The notes below the pieces were generated by a model. The model saw only the letters and a list, made by a program, of their open reading frames with translations. It ran no database searches and had not been told where the DNA came from. From assembly GCA_038044925.1 (NCBI GenBank), contig JBBSZC010000004.1:11166-75165 (forward strand): 64,000 bases of DNA, given 5' to 3'. Numbering within the stretch: position 1 is the stretch's first letter; each line of letters starts with the position of its first letter. A program made the position numbers and the translations under genes. The DNA is from Nanobdellota archaeon. Lineage in GTDB: Archaea; Nanobdellota; Nanobdellia; Pacearchaeales; GW2011-AR1. Below are positions 54,938-64,000 of this stretch, piece after piece.

Positions 54938-55756
54938 CTAATTATATTTCTCTGCGATTTTTACAAAATTAGAATATCTTTTAATTCCAAATTCTGTTAT
55001 TATCGCTTTGATATATTTCTTTTCTACAAATTCAAATGCCGGGTTTTTTATCTTAATTCCTTTTGGAGCTCTATCCCATATTTCATTTAATTTTCTCTGT
55101 TCTATAGGGATTTTCTTTTTTGTGAATTTCCAGGAATCAGCTATAATATAAACAGGGATTTTATGTTCTTTTGCAATATCAGCGATTAAACCGCTTCCAA
55201 TCTTATTAATAATTCCTTTTTTTGTCAAGGCATCTGCTCCAAGGAAAATTTTATTAATTTTCTCTAAGCCTTTTTGTGACAATATGATGTTTAAAGCAGA
55301 ATCAACAAACATTGTTACTTTTATTTTTGCATTTCTCAATTCTAATGCTGTTTTTCTTCCTTGAAATAAAGGGCGTGTTTCTGTATTATATATTTGAAAT
55401 TTTTTTCCTTTTTTCTTTGCATAAATTAAAGCATTTACAACATTTGTAGAATGGCAATGAGTAAGGATAGTATTGTTATTTTTTATAATTCTTAAAACAC
55501 TTTTGTTTATTTTTTCTTGAGAATCCTTGAAATGAACGATAATTTTATTTTTTGGGTAGCCTTTCTCTGCTAAATCTAAAACATTTTCCATCATTGGTTC
55601 TGTTGGTCTTGATAAAAGGAGTTGTTTTTTAGATTTTTTTCCAGGAGCTAAAAGATATGCGTTTAAAGCTCCTTTTGCAATGTTTCTTGCTCCCTGAATT
55701 CTAACAGATTTTATATCCTTCAGTATTTTATTAAACCTCTTTTGATTTTTTGACAT
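54938..55756 (-). CDS. eIF-2B alpha/beta/delta-family protein, likely ribose-1,5-bisphosphate isomerase
   Basis: Family layout with LTHCHS motif; AMP phosphorylase is also in the window. Confidence 0.65.
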   Translation of the reverse strand: MSKNQKRFNKILKDIKSVRIQGARNIAKGALNAYLLAPGKKSKKQLLLSRPTEPMMENVLDLAEKGYPKNKIIVHFKDSQEKINKSVLRIIKNNNTILTHCHSTNVVNALIYAKKKGKKFQIYNTETRPLFQGRKTALELRNAKIKVTMFVDSALNIILSQKGLEKINKIFLGADALTKKGIINKIGSGLIADIAKEHKIPVYIIADSWKFTKKKIPIEQRKLNEIWDRAPKGIKIKNPAFEFVEKKYIKAIITEFGIKRYSNFVKIAEKYN

Positions 55757-55921
55757 TATGTATATTTTGTAAAAACGTTAAATATATATATATTTCTATT
55801 AAAGTTTGCGTCTTACTTAAGTGAGATTAAATAAAAGTAAAGAAAATATGAAGTTTTCTAATTCCCCATTTTGAGGGAATTAGTTAACAAAATAGAGAAT
55901 GATGAAAGGAGGTGAGTAAAA

Positions 55922-56467
55922 ATGGTGAATAATAATGGAATTTCAGTCTGGGGAGTGATTATAATTTCTCTAGTAGTTGCTGTTATTGCGAGTGTAATAA
56001 CAACACAAGTGACTGGGAATCCTGTTAAAGTTGAAACGACTACAGGAGCTTTTGCCGATGTTTATACAAAATCTGAAATTGATACTCTGTCAAAGAATAT
56101 TAATGCTGCTGCTTGCAATAAAGATACTTTTTGTGAAACAAACTATATATACACAGATAAAATTTTAAGCTACTATAGAGATTCTTTTGGGAAGATGCGT
56201 TCAACAAATCTAAGTTTTATTGATGGAAACTTAATAACTCAAGGGCCGGGTAGAGGAGGTATACAATTTTATAATGAATATATAAAAGCTCCTCTTGGGA
56301 GTGGCAGTAATATAAAAATAAGTAACCTTGAAGTTGTTGGAACTGAAATACCTAATTTTCCTGGATCATTTAATAAACCTGGATATATAATCATGTATGA
56401 CTCAACAGGAACTAGTTGGAAATGCGGTGTGAGTACAACTGGACAATTTAGTTGTATTAGATATTAG
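55922..56467 (+). CDS. secreted/membrane-anchored hypothetical protein
   Basis: N-terminal hydrophobic helix, then Cys-containing Gly/Ser/Thr-rich domain. Confidence 0.35.
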   Translation: MVNNNGISVWGVIIISLVVAVIASVITTQVTGNPVKVETTTGAFADVYTKSEIDTLSKNINAAACNKDTFCETNYIYTDKILSYYRDSFGKMRSTNLSFIDGNLITQGPGRGGIQFYNEYIKAPLGSGSNIKISNLEVVGTEIPNFPGSFNKPGYIIMYDSTGTSWKCGVSTTGQFSCIRY

Positions 56468-56565
56468 ATTATAGATAGAAGTTAATTTTTTATTTTTTTC
56501 TTTTTATTTTTTTTATATTTCTCTTCTTCGCGAACATTTTTAAATTCTATTTTTCTTACTAAATC

Positions 56566-57426
56566 ATGATTGAGATAATTCTTGGGGAGGTAGATGCAGA
56601 AAAGAATTCTTGGAAGATGTTTTTTATTGGATTAGTCTTTGCATCTCTATCTATATTATTAGTTCATTGGTTTTTTTCAGCAGATATAGTTTTGTCACAA
56701 TATTCTGGAATGATTGTTGTTACTTTTTGTGTGATGTTTTCCTTGCCTTTCATGTATAAAATGATTAAAAGAGAAGAGGAGGAGGATGAAGAAGTTGAGG
56801 GTTTTTTTAGTGTGTGGAAAATGCACAAAGATGCTTTGTATGCTTTTATGTGGCTGTTTTTGGGGTTTATTGTTGCTTTTTCTTTTTGGTTTATATTATT
56901 GCAAAATTCTAGTCTTTTAAATGCGCAGATACAAACTTATTGCATGATTAATAGCCCTGGAAATATAGATAATTGCGTGGCTCAATATGATTTTACAAGG
57001 CAGATAAGTTCAACAGGAGCTATAACAAAAGAGTTGAGATTTTTGTCAATTTTAGAAAATAATGTTTATGTTATGATATTTACTCTTGTATTCTCTCTAA
57101 TCTTTGGAGCAGGAGCAATATTTGTCCTTGCTTGGAATGCAAGTGTAATATCTGGAGCTGTTGGGATTTTTACTAAATACAAAATTTCAGAAATCCCTTT
57201 AGGAGTTGTTAGATATATGATTCATGGTTTTCCTGAAATTGCAGCATATTTCATAACTGCTTTAGCCGGAGGGATTGTAGGGGTTGGAGTTATAAGAAAC
57301 GGAATTAGAAATAGAAAATTCTTAAGAATACTTGAAAATTCAATAATCTTATTATTTATAGCAATACTAATTCTTATAGTAGCTGCTGCGATTGAAGTAT
57401 ATATAACTCCTTTATTTTTAAGTTAA
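56566..57426 (+). CDS. SpoIIM-like (DUF95) membrane protein
   Basis: Multi-TM with an acidic loop EEEEDEEVEG. Confidence 0.5.
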   Translation: MIEIILGEVDAEKNSWKMFFIGLVFASLSILLVHWFFSADIVLSQYSGMIVVTFCVMFSLPFMYKMIKREEEEDEEVEGFFSVWKMHKDALYAFMWLFLGFIVAFSFWFILLQNSSLLNAQIQTYCMINSPGNIDNCVAQYDFTRQISSTGAITKELRFLSILENNVYVMIFTLVFSLIFGAGAIFVLAWNASVISGAVGIFTKYKISEIPLGVVRYMIHGFPEIAAYFITALAGGIVGVGVIRNGIRNRKFLRILENSIILLFIAILILIVAAAIEVYITPLFLS

Positions 57427-57492
57427 ATTTCAAGAACAAATATAATTTCTATTAAGCAAAATACTTAAATATAGTCAATTTCTCAAACTGCT

Positions 57493-57633
57493 ATGAGATA
57501 CATATGTAAAAGTTGCCGTTATCGGTTTAATTCAGAAAAAGAACAAAAAGGGAAAAAATGCCCTTATTGTGGAGGCAAAAATTTAGTAGAAGAACCGCTT
57601 GCACAAGAGCTTTTAAATGATACAGAAGAATAA
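57493..57633 (+). CDS. 46-aa zinc-ribbon protein
   Basis: ORF not in the track: CKSCRY...CPYCGG. Confidence 0.4.
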   Translation: MRYICKSCRYRFNSEKEQKGKKCPYCGGKNLVEEPLAQELLNDTEE

Positions 57634-57634
57634 A

Positions 57635-60391
57635 ATGGACATTGAAAGCCTTTCTGAAAAAGAAGTAATAGAACAAAGAAAAAAGAGTATAAACGAGTTT
57701 CTAACTAAAAAAAAGCAATGGATTTATTATCTAATTCTTTCCTTAATTATATTTTTGGGGGTGTATATAAGAACTCTAAATATTTCAAAATTAAAAGATA
57801 TAACAACAGGAACCTGGACATTAGGACCTGATTTAGATCCTTTTCTTTTTTTAAGGTGGGCAAAAGAAATAGTAGAAAATGGAAGCTTAATGACTCATGA
57901 TATAATGAGATATGTTCCTTTAGGATATGATACTGCTGGAGAGATGAAATTGCTAGCTTATATGATAGCGTGGTTTCATAATATACTTTCATTCTTCCCT
58001 CTTACAGATAATGTTACTTATTCTGCAATAATATTTCCTGTAGCAATGTTTGCTTTAACCACAATTGCTTTCTTTTTATTTGCTAGGAAAATATTCTTTA
58101 AAGAATCAGATTTGATAAAAAATTCAATCGCTTTAATAGCAACATTATTATTCGTTTTAGTTCCTTCTTTACTTCCTAGGACAATTGCTGGAATTCCTGA
58201 AAAAGAATCTGTCGCTTTTTTCTTTATGTTTATGGCTTTTTATTTCTTTATTAGTGCTTTCACAAGTGAAAAAAGAAATAAATCATTTATATTATCTGTA
58301 CTTGCTGGAATTTCGACAGGACTAATGGCTTTGGTTTGGGGGGGAGTTATATTTATTTTCTTTACAATACCTGGAGCTGTTTTCTTATCCTTTATTTTAG
58401 GAAAAGTTGGGAAAAAAGAATTAATATGCTATGGTATGTGGGTTTTTTCATCCTTTGCTATAATGATGCCTTTTTCCACAAGATATACTTTATGGAATTT
58501 AGCAATATCTACCTCTACTGGTTTTGGATTAGGAATATTAATAATACTTTTATTCAGCTTACTTTTCTATAAAGATAAAAAAATAGAAAAATTAGAAGAA
58601 AAAACCAAAATTCCTAGAGAAATCTTACTTGCCCTAATCTTTTCATTGATTATGCTTATAGTAATATCAATAATTTTGGGTCCTGGGTTTATCTTAGGGC
58701 AAATAAATGAAATTCAAAATAATTTAATAGAGCCATCTTCAACAAGGTTTAGTTTTACTGTAGCTGAAAACAAACAACCCTACTTTAATAATGATTGGAA
58801 AGATAATTTCGGGCCAATTTTGTATAATATTCCTATTTATTTTTGGCTTTTCTTTTTTGGCTCAGTTCTTTTATTTTTTAATATGATCTCTGCATTAGGC
58901 AAAAAAGAGAAATTAAAATTAACTATCGGATATATATTATTTTTAATATGCTTAATATTCAGCAGATATTCAGCATCTAGTATATTTAATGGGGTAAATG
59001 GGACAAGCATTGTTACTTATTTTGCCGGGTGGATAATCTTAATATATTTATCAGCAGAGACTTATTATAAAAATTTTAAAAAAGAAAAATTAGAAGTTTT
59101 TAAGAAATTTAATTTTGCATATATATTATATTTTATAATATTAACTTTAGGAATTATTGGGGCTAGGGGAGGTATAAGGCTTATTATGGTGCTTGGATCA
59201 ATAAGCCCCATAGCAGTTTCTTTTTTAATAGTCAAGACAATAAACAAGTCATTTAAAGAAAAAAAAGAAAGCAGTGAAGAAGCTAAAAATGAAGATAGTA
59301 AAATTTTAATGAAATTTATAGCAGTAGTTTTTATATTACTTTCTGCTTTTATAGTATATAATTATTATATTTTAGATAAATCCAATGCTGAAAACTTTGC
59401 CCCCGGAGCATATCAATGGCAATGGCAAGAAGCAATGTCTTGGGTTAGAAGCAACACATCTCAAAATGCTGTTTTTGCACACTGGTGGGATTATGGCTAT
59501 TGGGTTCAGTCTATTGGAGAAAGAGCAACAATATTAGACGGGGGAAATGCAATAGTATACTGGGATTATTTAATGGGAAGATATGTATTAACAGAGCCAG
59601 ATGATTCTAAAACTTTAGAATTTTTATATACCCATAATGCGACTCATCTATTAATTGATTCAACTGAAATTGGAAAATATACTGCATTTTCAAGCATAGG
59701 CTCTGATGAAAATTATGATAGATTTTCATGGATATCAATATTTTTGTTAGAGGAGGGAAAAATAACAGAAACTGGCAATAAAACTATTTATCTATATTCT
59801 GGAGGAAGTGCGACTGATGAAGATATTGTGTGGAAAGAAAATAATAATGAAATTTTCCTTCCTGCAAAAAAAACAATTGTGGGCGGGGTAATATTACAAT
59901 TAGATCAAAAAGGAAAATTTTCTCAGCCACAAGCAGCATATTTCTATCAAAACAAGCAATATAATATTCCTCTAAAATATCTTTATGTTGAAAAAGACCA
60001 AAAAATAACTACTTTTGATTCTGGTTTAGAGGCAGGAATATTTTTATTCCCAAAAATTAATGTTGATGCTGATAATAAAGCTGGAATTAATTATTATGGC
60101 GCTTCTTTATATTTAAGCAGGCGTACAATAAACTCTAAGATAGCACAATTATACTTATTCGATAAAAAAACAGATTCTTTTAAAATAACCCATATTGAAA
60201 GCAATCAGATAATAAACTCATTAAAGGGGCAGGGTACAGATTTAAAAGAATTTATATATTATAGTGGATTTCAAGGTCCGATTAAAATTTGGGAAATAAA
60301 TTACCCCAGCACAATTAAAGCAAACCCTGAATACTTAAAAACAGATTATCCAAATAAGTCCATAGAGATAGCTAAACCTGGAGAATATTAA
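57635..60391 (+). CDS. aglB: oligosaccharyltransferase AglB (STT3)
   Basis: WWDYGYWV motif, 13 N-terminal TMs; start taken at ATG 57635. Confidence 0.85.
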   Translation: MDIESLSEKEVIEQRKKSINEFLTKKKQWIYYLILSLIIFLGVYIRTLNISKLKDITTGTWTLGPDLDPFLFLRWAKEIVENGSLMTHDIMRYVPLGYDTAGEMKLLAYMIAWFHNILSFFPLTDNVTYSAIIFPVAMFALTTIAFFLFARKIFFKESDLIKNSIALIATLLFVLVPSLLPRTIAGIPEKESVAFFFMFMAFYFFISAFTSEKRNKSFILSVLAGISTGLMALVWGGVIFIFFTIPGAVFLSFILGKVGKKELICYGMWVFSSFAIMMPFSTRYTLWNLAISTSTGFGLGILIILLFSLLFYKDKKIEKLEEKTKIPREILLALIFSLIMLIVISIILGPGFILGQINEIQNNLIEPSSTRFSFTVAENKQPYFNNDWKDNFGPILYNIPIYFWLFFFGSVLLFFNMISALGKKEKLKLTIGYILFLICLIFSRYSASSIFNGVNGTSIVTYFAGWIILIYLSAETYYKNFKKEKLEVFKKFNFAYILYFIILTLGIIGARGGIRLIMVLGSISPIAVSFLIVKTINKSFKEKKESSEEAKNEDSKILMKFIAVVFILLSAFIVYNYYILDKSNAENFAPGAYQWQWQEAMSWVRSNTSQNAVFAHWWDYGYWVQSIGERATILDGGNAIVYWDYLMGRYVLTEPDDSKTLEFLYTHNATHLLIDSTEIGKYTAFSSIGSDENYDRFSWISIFLLEEGKITETGNKTIYLYSGGSATDEDIVWKENNNEIFLPAKKTIVGGVILQLDQKGKFSQPQAAYFYQNKQYNIPLKYLYVEKDQKITTFDSGLEAGIFLFPKINVDADNKAGINYYGASLYLSRRTINSKIAQLYLFDKKTDSFKITHIESNQIINSLKGQGTDLKEFIYYSGFQGPIKIWEINYPSTIKANPEYLKTDYPNKSIEIAKPGEY

Positions 60392-60392
60392 A

Positions 60393-61391
60393 ATGGAACC
60401 TATCCTTATACTCCCATTACTTATGGGGTTTTTTGCATGCTTTTTTCTTGTTCCTATCTGGATTAAAAAAGCCAAAAATATTGGGTTAATTTGGGAGGAT
60501 ATGAATAAGCCAGGACACCCAAAAAATGTTGCTGGATCTGGAGGAATAGTTGTAATAATGGCTTTTATCTTAGGAATTTTAAGCTATATCGCAATAATCA
60601 CTTTTTATTTTAAAGATAATAATTTGATAAATATATTTGCGCTCTTAACTACAATTATAATTGCTTCTATGATTGGATTTGTGGATGATTTATTTGGGTG
60701 GGTTCATGGAGGGCTATCAGCAAAGTTTAGAATTTTTTTATTGATTTTTGCCGCTATTCCTCTATCTGTTATAAATGCAGGAAATTCTACAATGATTGGA
60801 ATACAATTAGGATTGTTATATCCTTTAGTGCTTATCCCATTAGGAATAATTGGTGCAGCAGCAACTTTTAATTTTTTAGCGGGATATAATGGATTAGAAG
60901 CAAGCCAAGGCATTATTATTCTTAGTGCACTGGCTTTTGTATGCTGGGTAATTGGAGAGAGCTGGCTGGCATTAATAGCATTAATAATGGTTTTTTGTCT
61001 TTTTGCATTTTATATTTTTAATAAATATCCTGCAAAAATATTTCCTGGAGATGTTTTAACTTACGGAGTTGGAGCAATGATTGCAATCATCGCCATACTT
61101 GGAAATATTGAAAAAATAGCTGTTTTCTTTTTCATTCCTTATATAATTGAAACCTGTCTTAAAATTAGAGGGAAATTAAAAAAACAAAGCCTAGCTAAAG
61201 TAAATAAAGATGGAGATTTAGAAATGCCTTATGAAAAAATATACGGGTTGGAACATTTAGCAATCTATTTATTAAAAAAGATGAAAAAAAACGGAAAAGT
61301 TAAGGAAAGAGAGGTTGTTTATTTTATAAATTTATTTCAAATACTGGTAATTTTAATTGGGTTGGCATTATTTAAAAATTCTATTTTTTAA
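60393..61391 (+). CDS. glycosyltransferase family 4 (MraY/WecA-like UDP-HexNAc:dolichol-P HexNAc-1-P transferase)
   Basis: Polytopic; VGFVDDLFG DDxxD-like loop. Confidence 0.7.
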   Translation: MEPILILPLLMGFFACFFLVPIWIKKAKNIGLIWEDMNKPGHPKNVAGSGGIVVIMAFILGILSYIAIITFYFKDNNLINIFALLTTIIIASMIGFVDDLFGWVHGGLSAKFRIFLLIFAAIPLSVINAGNSTMIGIQLGLLYPLVLIPLGIIGAAATFNFLAGYNGLEASQGIIILSALAFVCWVIGESWLALIALIMVFCLFAFYIFNKYPAKIFPGDVLTYGVGAMIAIIAILGNIEKIAVFFFIPYIIETCLKIRGKLKKQSLAKVNKDGDLEMPYEKIYGLEHLAIYLLKKMKKNGKVKEREVVYFINLFQILVILIGLALFKNSIF

Positions 61392-61399
61392 ATGTAATA

Positions 61400-62632
61400 A
61401 TGATAAAAAAATTTCTTTCAAGCGAGCTTAGTAAAGGCATAGTAATACTATTTTTTTCTATGTTAGTTTATAATTTTATAAATTTTATTTTCCATTTTTT
61501 TATGGGAAGGGTTTTAGGGCCAAATGATTATGGAACTTTGGCTGTTTTGATGTCTATGATATACCTCTTTGGTATACCTGTGGAAGCAATACAAAATATG
61601 ATTACTAAATATACTTCTAAATTTAATATAAATAATGAAAATGGAAAAATTAAATTTTTAATGAAAAGGGCCCTTGGAAAGGGATTTTATATCTCTATTT
61701 TTTTATTTGGAATATTAATTATATTTTCTATTTTTCTATCTTTCTTTCTAAAAGTAAGTTTTTGGCTACTTTTAATAACTGACTTGGCGATATTTTCTTC
61801 TTTTTCATTGCCTGTTATTAGGGGGGTTCTTCAAGGACGAAAAAAATTCTTCAAATTAGGGAACAGTATGATAATTGAAACCTCTTTTAAATTAATATCC
61901 TCTTTATCTTTAGTAATCCTTGGATTAAAGGTATTTGGAGCAATAATAGGGGTTATATTTGGACTTCTTGCAAGTTTAATTTTTAGTTTATACTTTAATA
62001 AAGATATATTGCAAGAAAGAGAAGAAAAAATATCTTTTAAGTATATTTACTCTGAAAGTGTGCCTTATCTTATTGTTGTTGTAACAATACTTACTTTTTT
62101 CAGTTTAGACATTATCCTAGCTAAAAGATTTTTTTCTCCTGAGTTAGCAGGACAATATTCTGTTCTATCTATGCTTGGAAAAATGATTTTCCTTGGAACT
62201 TTTGCAATAAGCAAAGCAATGTTCCCTATCGCCTCTGAGAGATTTGAAAAAAAAGAAAATTCATCACAGCTTTTTAAAAAATCTTTAATATTAATAAGTA
62301 TATTATGCTTAATTGGCATAGCAATATATTATCTTTTTCCTGAAGAAATAGTTTGGTTGCTTTATGGTGAAAAATACTTAGAAATTTCCCATTTATTGGT
62401 TTATTCAGCAATATCTTTAAGTTTTTTATCCTTGAGCAATATCATACTATTATATTCTCTGTCTATTAATAGGATAAAAAAAGGGTATTTGTTGATTGGA
62501 TTTATAATTATTGAAATAGTTTTATTATTTGCTTTGGATAGTAGCATTGAAAGATATATAATGGGGTTTATGATTTCTAATATAGTAATGTTTATAGGAA
62601 GCCTTTTTTCTCTAGTAGAATGGAAAATATAG
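61400..62632 (+). CDS. oligosaccharide/polysaccharide flippase (Wzx/MOP superfamily)
   Basis: 12-TM layout. Confidence 0.6.
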   Translation: MIKKFLSSELSKGIVILFFSMLVYNFINFIFHFFMGRVLGPNDYGTLAVLMSMIYLFGIPVEAIQNMITKYTSKFNINNENGKIKFLMKRALGKGFYISIFLFGILIIFSIFLSFFLKVSFWLLLITDLAIFSSFSLPVIRGVLQGRKKFFKLGNSMIIETSFKLISSLSLVILGLKVFGAIIGVIFGLLASLIFSLYFNKDILQEREEKISFKYIYSESVPYLIVVVTILTFFSLDIILAKRFFSPELAGQYSVLSMLGKMIFLGTFAISKAMFPIASERFEKKENSSQLFKKSLILISILCLIGIAIYYLFPEEIVWLLYGEKYLEISHLLVYSAISLSFLSLSNIILLYSLSINRIKKGYLLIGFIIIEIVLLFALDSSIERYIMGFMISNIVMFIGSLFSLVEWKI

Positions 62633-62678
62633 AAATCAATAAAATTTCTAATTTCCCATTTTAAAAAAACAACAAAAA

Positions 62679-63467
62679 ATGGAAAAAGTCAGTATAATAA
62701 TCCCCGCTTATAATGAAGGGGGTAGAATAAGAAAAACCTTAAAAGAATACGCTTTTTTTTTCTCAAAAATAAAAAAAGAAAAGGCGGTGGATTTTGAAAT
62801 ATTAGTAGTTTTAAATAATTGCAAGGACAATACTCTTGAAGTTGTTGAAGAATTTATTAAAAAAAATAAAGAAATATTATATTTAAACCTTAATCGTAAA
62901 GGAAAAGGATTGGCGATAACTGAAGGATTTAAAAATGCTTTAACCAGAAAAAATGATTTAATTGGTTTTGTGGATGCTGATATGGCAACTTCTCCAGAAG
63001 AATTTTATCGTCTTATTCAAAAAATTGGAAAATATGATGGGGCTATTGCAAGCAGGTGGAAGGGGGAGAGTATAATTAAAACAAAACAGCCGTTGCTTAG
63101 AAGAGTTTTATCAAGGGGTTTTAATTTTATTGTTAGAATCTTCTTTTTATTCCCTTATACAGATACCCAATGTGGCGCAAAAATATTCAAAAGAGAAGTT
63201 ATTAAAAATGTAGTAAATGAACTGAATATTACTCATTGGGCATTTGATATAAATTTGCTGTATTTATGCAAAATTAAAAAATTTATAATTAAAGAGATTT
63301 CTACAGTGTGGGAAGATAAAAAAGAATCCAAAATAAATATAAAAAAGGCCCCAATACAGATGTTTTTTGGGATAGTGAGGCTGCGAATATTATACTCCCC
63401 GCTAAGATCATTAATAAAAATATATGATAGATTCCCTAAAAAAATTAAATTTCATAAAAATGATTAA
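62679..63467 (+). CDS. glycosyltransferase family 2 (dolichyl-phosphate sugar transferase-like)
   Basis: SIIIPAYNE start; DAD motif VDADMA. Confidence 0.75.
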   Translation: MEKVSIIIPAYNEGGRIRKTLKEYAFFFSKIKKEKAVDFEILVVLNNCKDNTLEVVEEFIKKNKEILYLNLNRKGKGLAITEGFKNALTRKNDLIGFVDADMATSPEEFYRLIQKIGKYDGAIASRWKGESIIKTKQPLLRRVLSRGFNFIVRIFFLFPYTDTQCGAKIFKREVIKNVVNELNITHWAFDINLLYLCKIKKFIIKEISTVWEDKKESKINIKKAPIQMFFGIVRLRILYSPLRSLIKIYDRFPKKIKFHKND

Positions 63468-64000
63468 AAAATGCCCTGTTTGCGGGAAAGATAAAATAAT
63501 TGTTTTATATAAGAATTTAAAGGACAAGGATTTTTTTATAGATGGAATCTTTAGATTATTAAAATGCAAATGCTGCGGGTTGGAATTTTTAGAACCAAGA
63601 TTAAATGAAAAAGAATTATCTAAATATTATCCGAAAAATTATTACTCTTTTTATAATTACAATAAGCTGGCACTTTTGTATCATAAAATATCTGCATATT
63701 ATTACTCAAGAAAAGGTGGGGTGATTAAATTTTTATTAGAACCATTTAGACCTTTATTTTATACATATTATATTAAATGGGGTAAATCTGTACTAGAAAT
63801 TGGCTGTGGAAATGGAATGAAATTGCATATTTACCAAAAATATGGAATGAAAACCGCAGGGATAGAACCATATATAGAAAAAATAACTGAAGCAGAGAAA
63901 AAAATCGGAGTTATAAAAACTACAATAGAAAAAGCCCCTTATAAAAAAAACAGTTTTGATTATATAATCCTTAAAGAAGTATTAGAACATATTCCTGATC
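63460..64000 (+). CDS. class I SAM-dependent methyltransferase with N-terminal zinc ribbon (partial; runs off the window)
   Basis: CPVCG...CKCCG; motif I LEIGCGNG. Confidence 0.55.
   Translation, partial: MIKKCPVCGKDKIIVLYKNLKDKDFFIDGIFRLLKCKCCGLEFLEPRLNEKELSKYYPKNYYSFYNYNKLALLYHKISAYYYSRKGGVIKFLLEPFRPLFYTYYIKWGKSVLEIGCGNGMKLHIYQKYGMKTAGIEPYIEKITEAEKKIGVIKTTIEKAPYKKNSFDYIILKEVLEHIPD

Noticed and set aside
1-64000. CRISPR arrays and rRNA genes
   Set aside because: No regularly spaced direct repeats of 25-40 nt with unique spacers were seen. No rRNA-like GC-rich long non-coding stretch is present. The only non-coding gaps over 300 bp are those reported as candidate structured regions.

Overview
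This is an AT-rich (about 28-30% GC by eye), gene-dense archaeal window. Eukaryal-type ribosomal proteins (L37ae, L40e, L32e, L19e, S4e), aIF5A, SUI1, RpoP, Spt5, SecE/SecY, prefoldin, AglB/STT3 and intron-containing tRNAs are all present. AMP phosphorylase plus an eIF2B-like (ribose-1,5-bisphosphate isomerase family) gene and the compact organisation suggest a DPANN-type archaeon. No rRNA or CRISPR array was seen.

Core content:
- Spt5-L11 and L1-L10-L12 clusters.
- FtsZ and SepF.
- The long ribosomal protein operon from L3 to L15, followed by SecY, a DUF106 protein and prefoldin alpha.
- An N-glycosylation locus (AglB, GT4, flippase, GT2, methyltransferase).

Accessory content:
1. A diversity-generating retroelement (DGR) on the minus strand at 36.4-38.4 kb. 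It comprises a target gene with a C-terminal variable repeat (VR), a template repeat (TR) and a reverse transcriptase. TR and VR differ at 13 positions, and every one of these is an adenine in TR on the coding strand (TR AAY codons become D, L, Y, H, V and others in VR). The RT is split by a G11 homopolymer inside an inverted repeat, so it may be phase-variable or mis-called.
2. A copper/metal island at 17.4-24.3 kb: an ArsR-family regulator, a CopZ-like HMA protein, the CopA P-type ATPase, an HMA-membrane-cupredoxin fusion, degenerate CuA-like cupredoxin domains, a C2H2 zinc-finger membrane protein and Cys-rich micro-proteins.
3. A MazEF cassette bracketed by about 40-bp direct repeats with a palindromic core. 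An inverted copy of that core abuts tRNA-Arg.
4. A tRNA-Arg to tRNA-Ser accessory tract. It carries a membrane-anchored coiled-coil alpha/beta hydrolase and a Fic gene bracketed by a duplicated tRNA-Ser 3' end. Just upstream of tRNA-Arg, outside the tract, sits a RelE-like small-ORF trio.
5. RecQ, followed after an A7 run by a Myb-like ORF in the -1 frame.
6. Non-ribosomal genes, including a DEDDh exonuclease, embedded in ribosomal protein operons.
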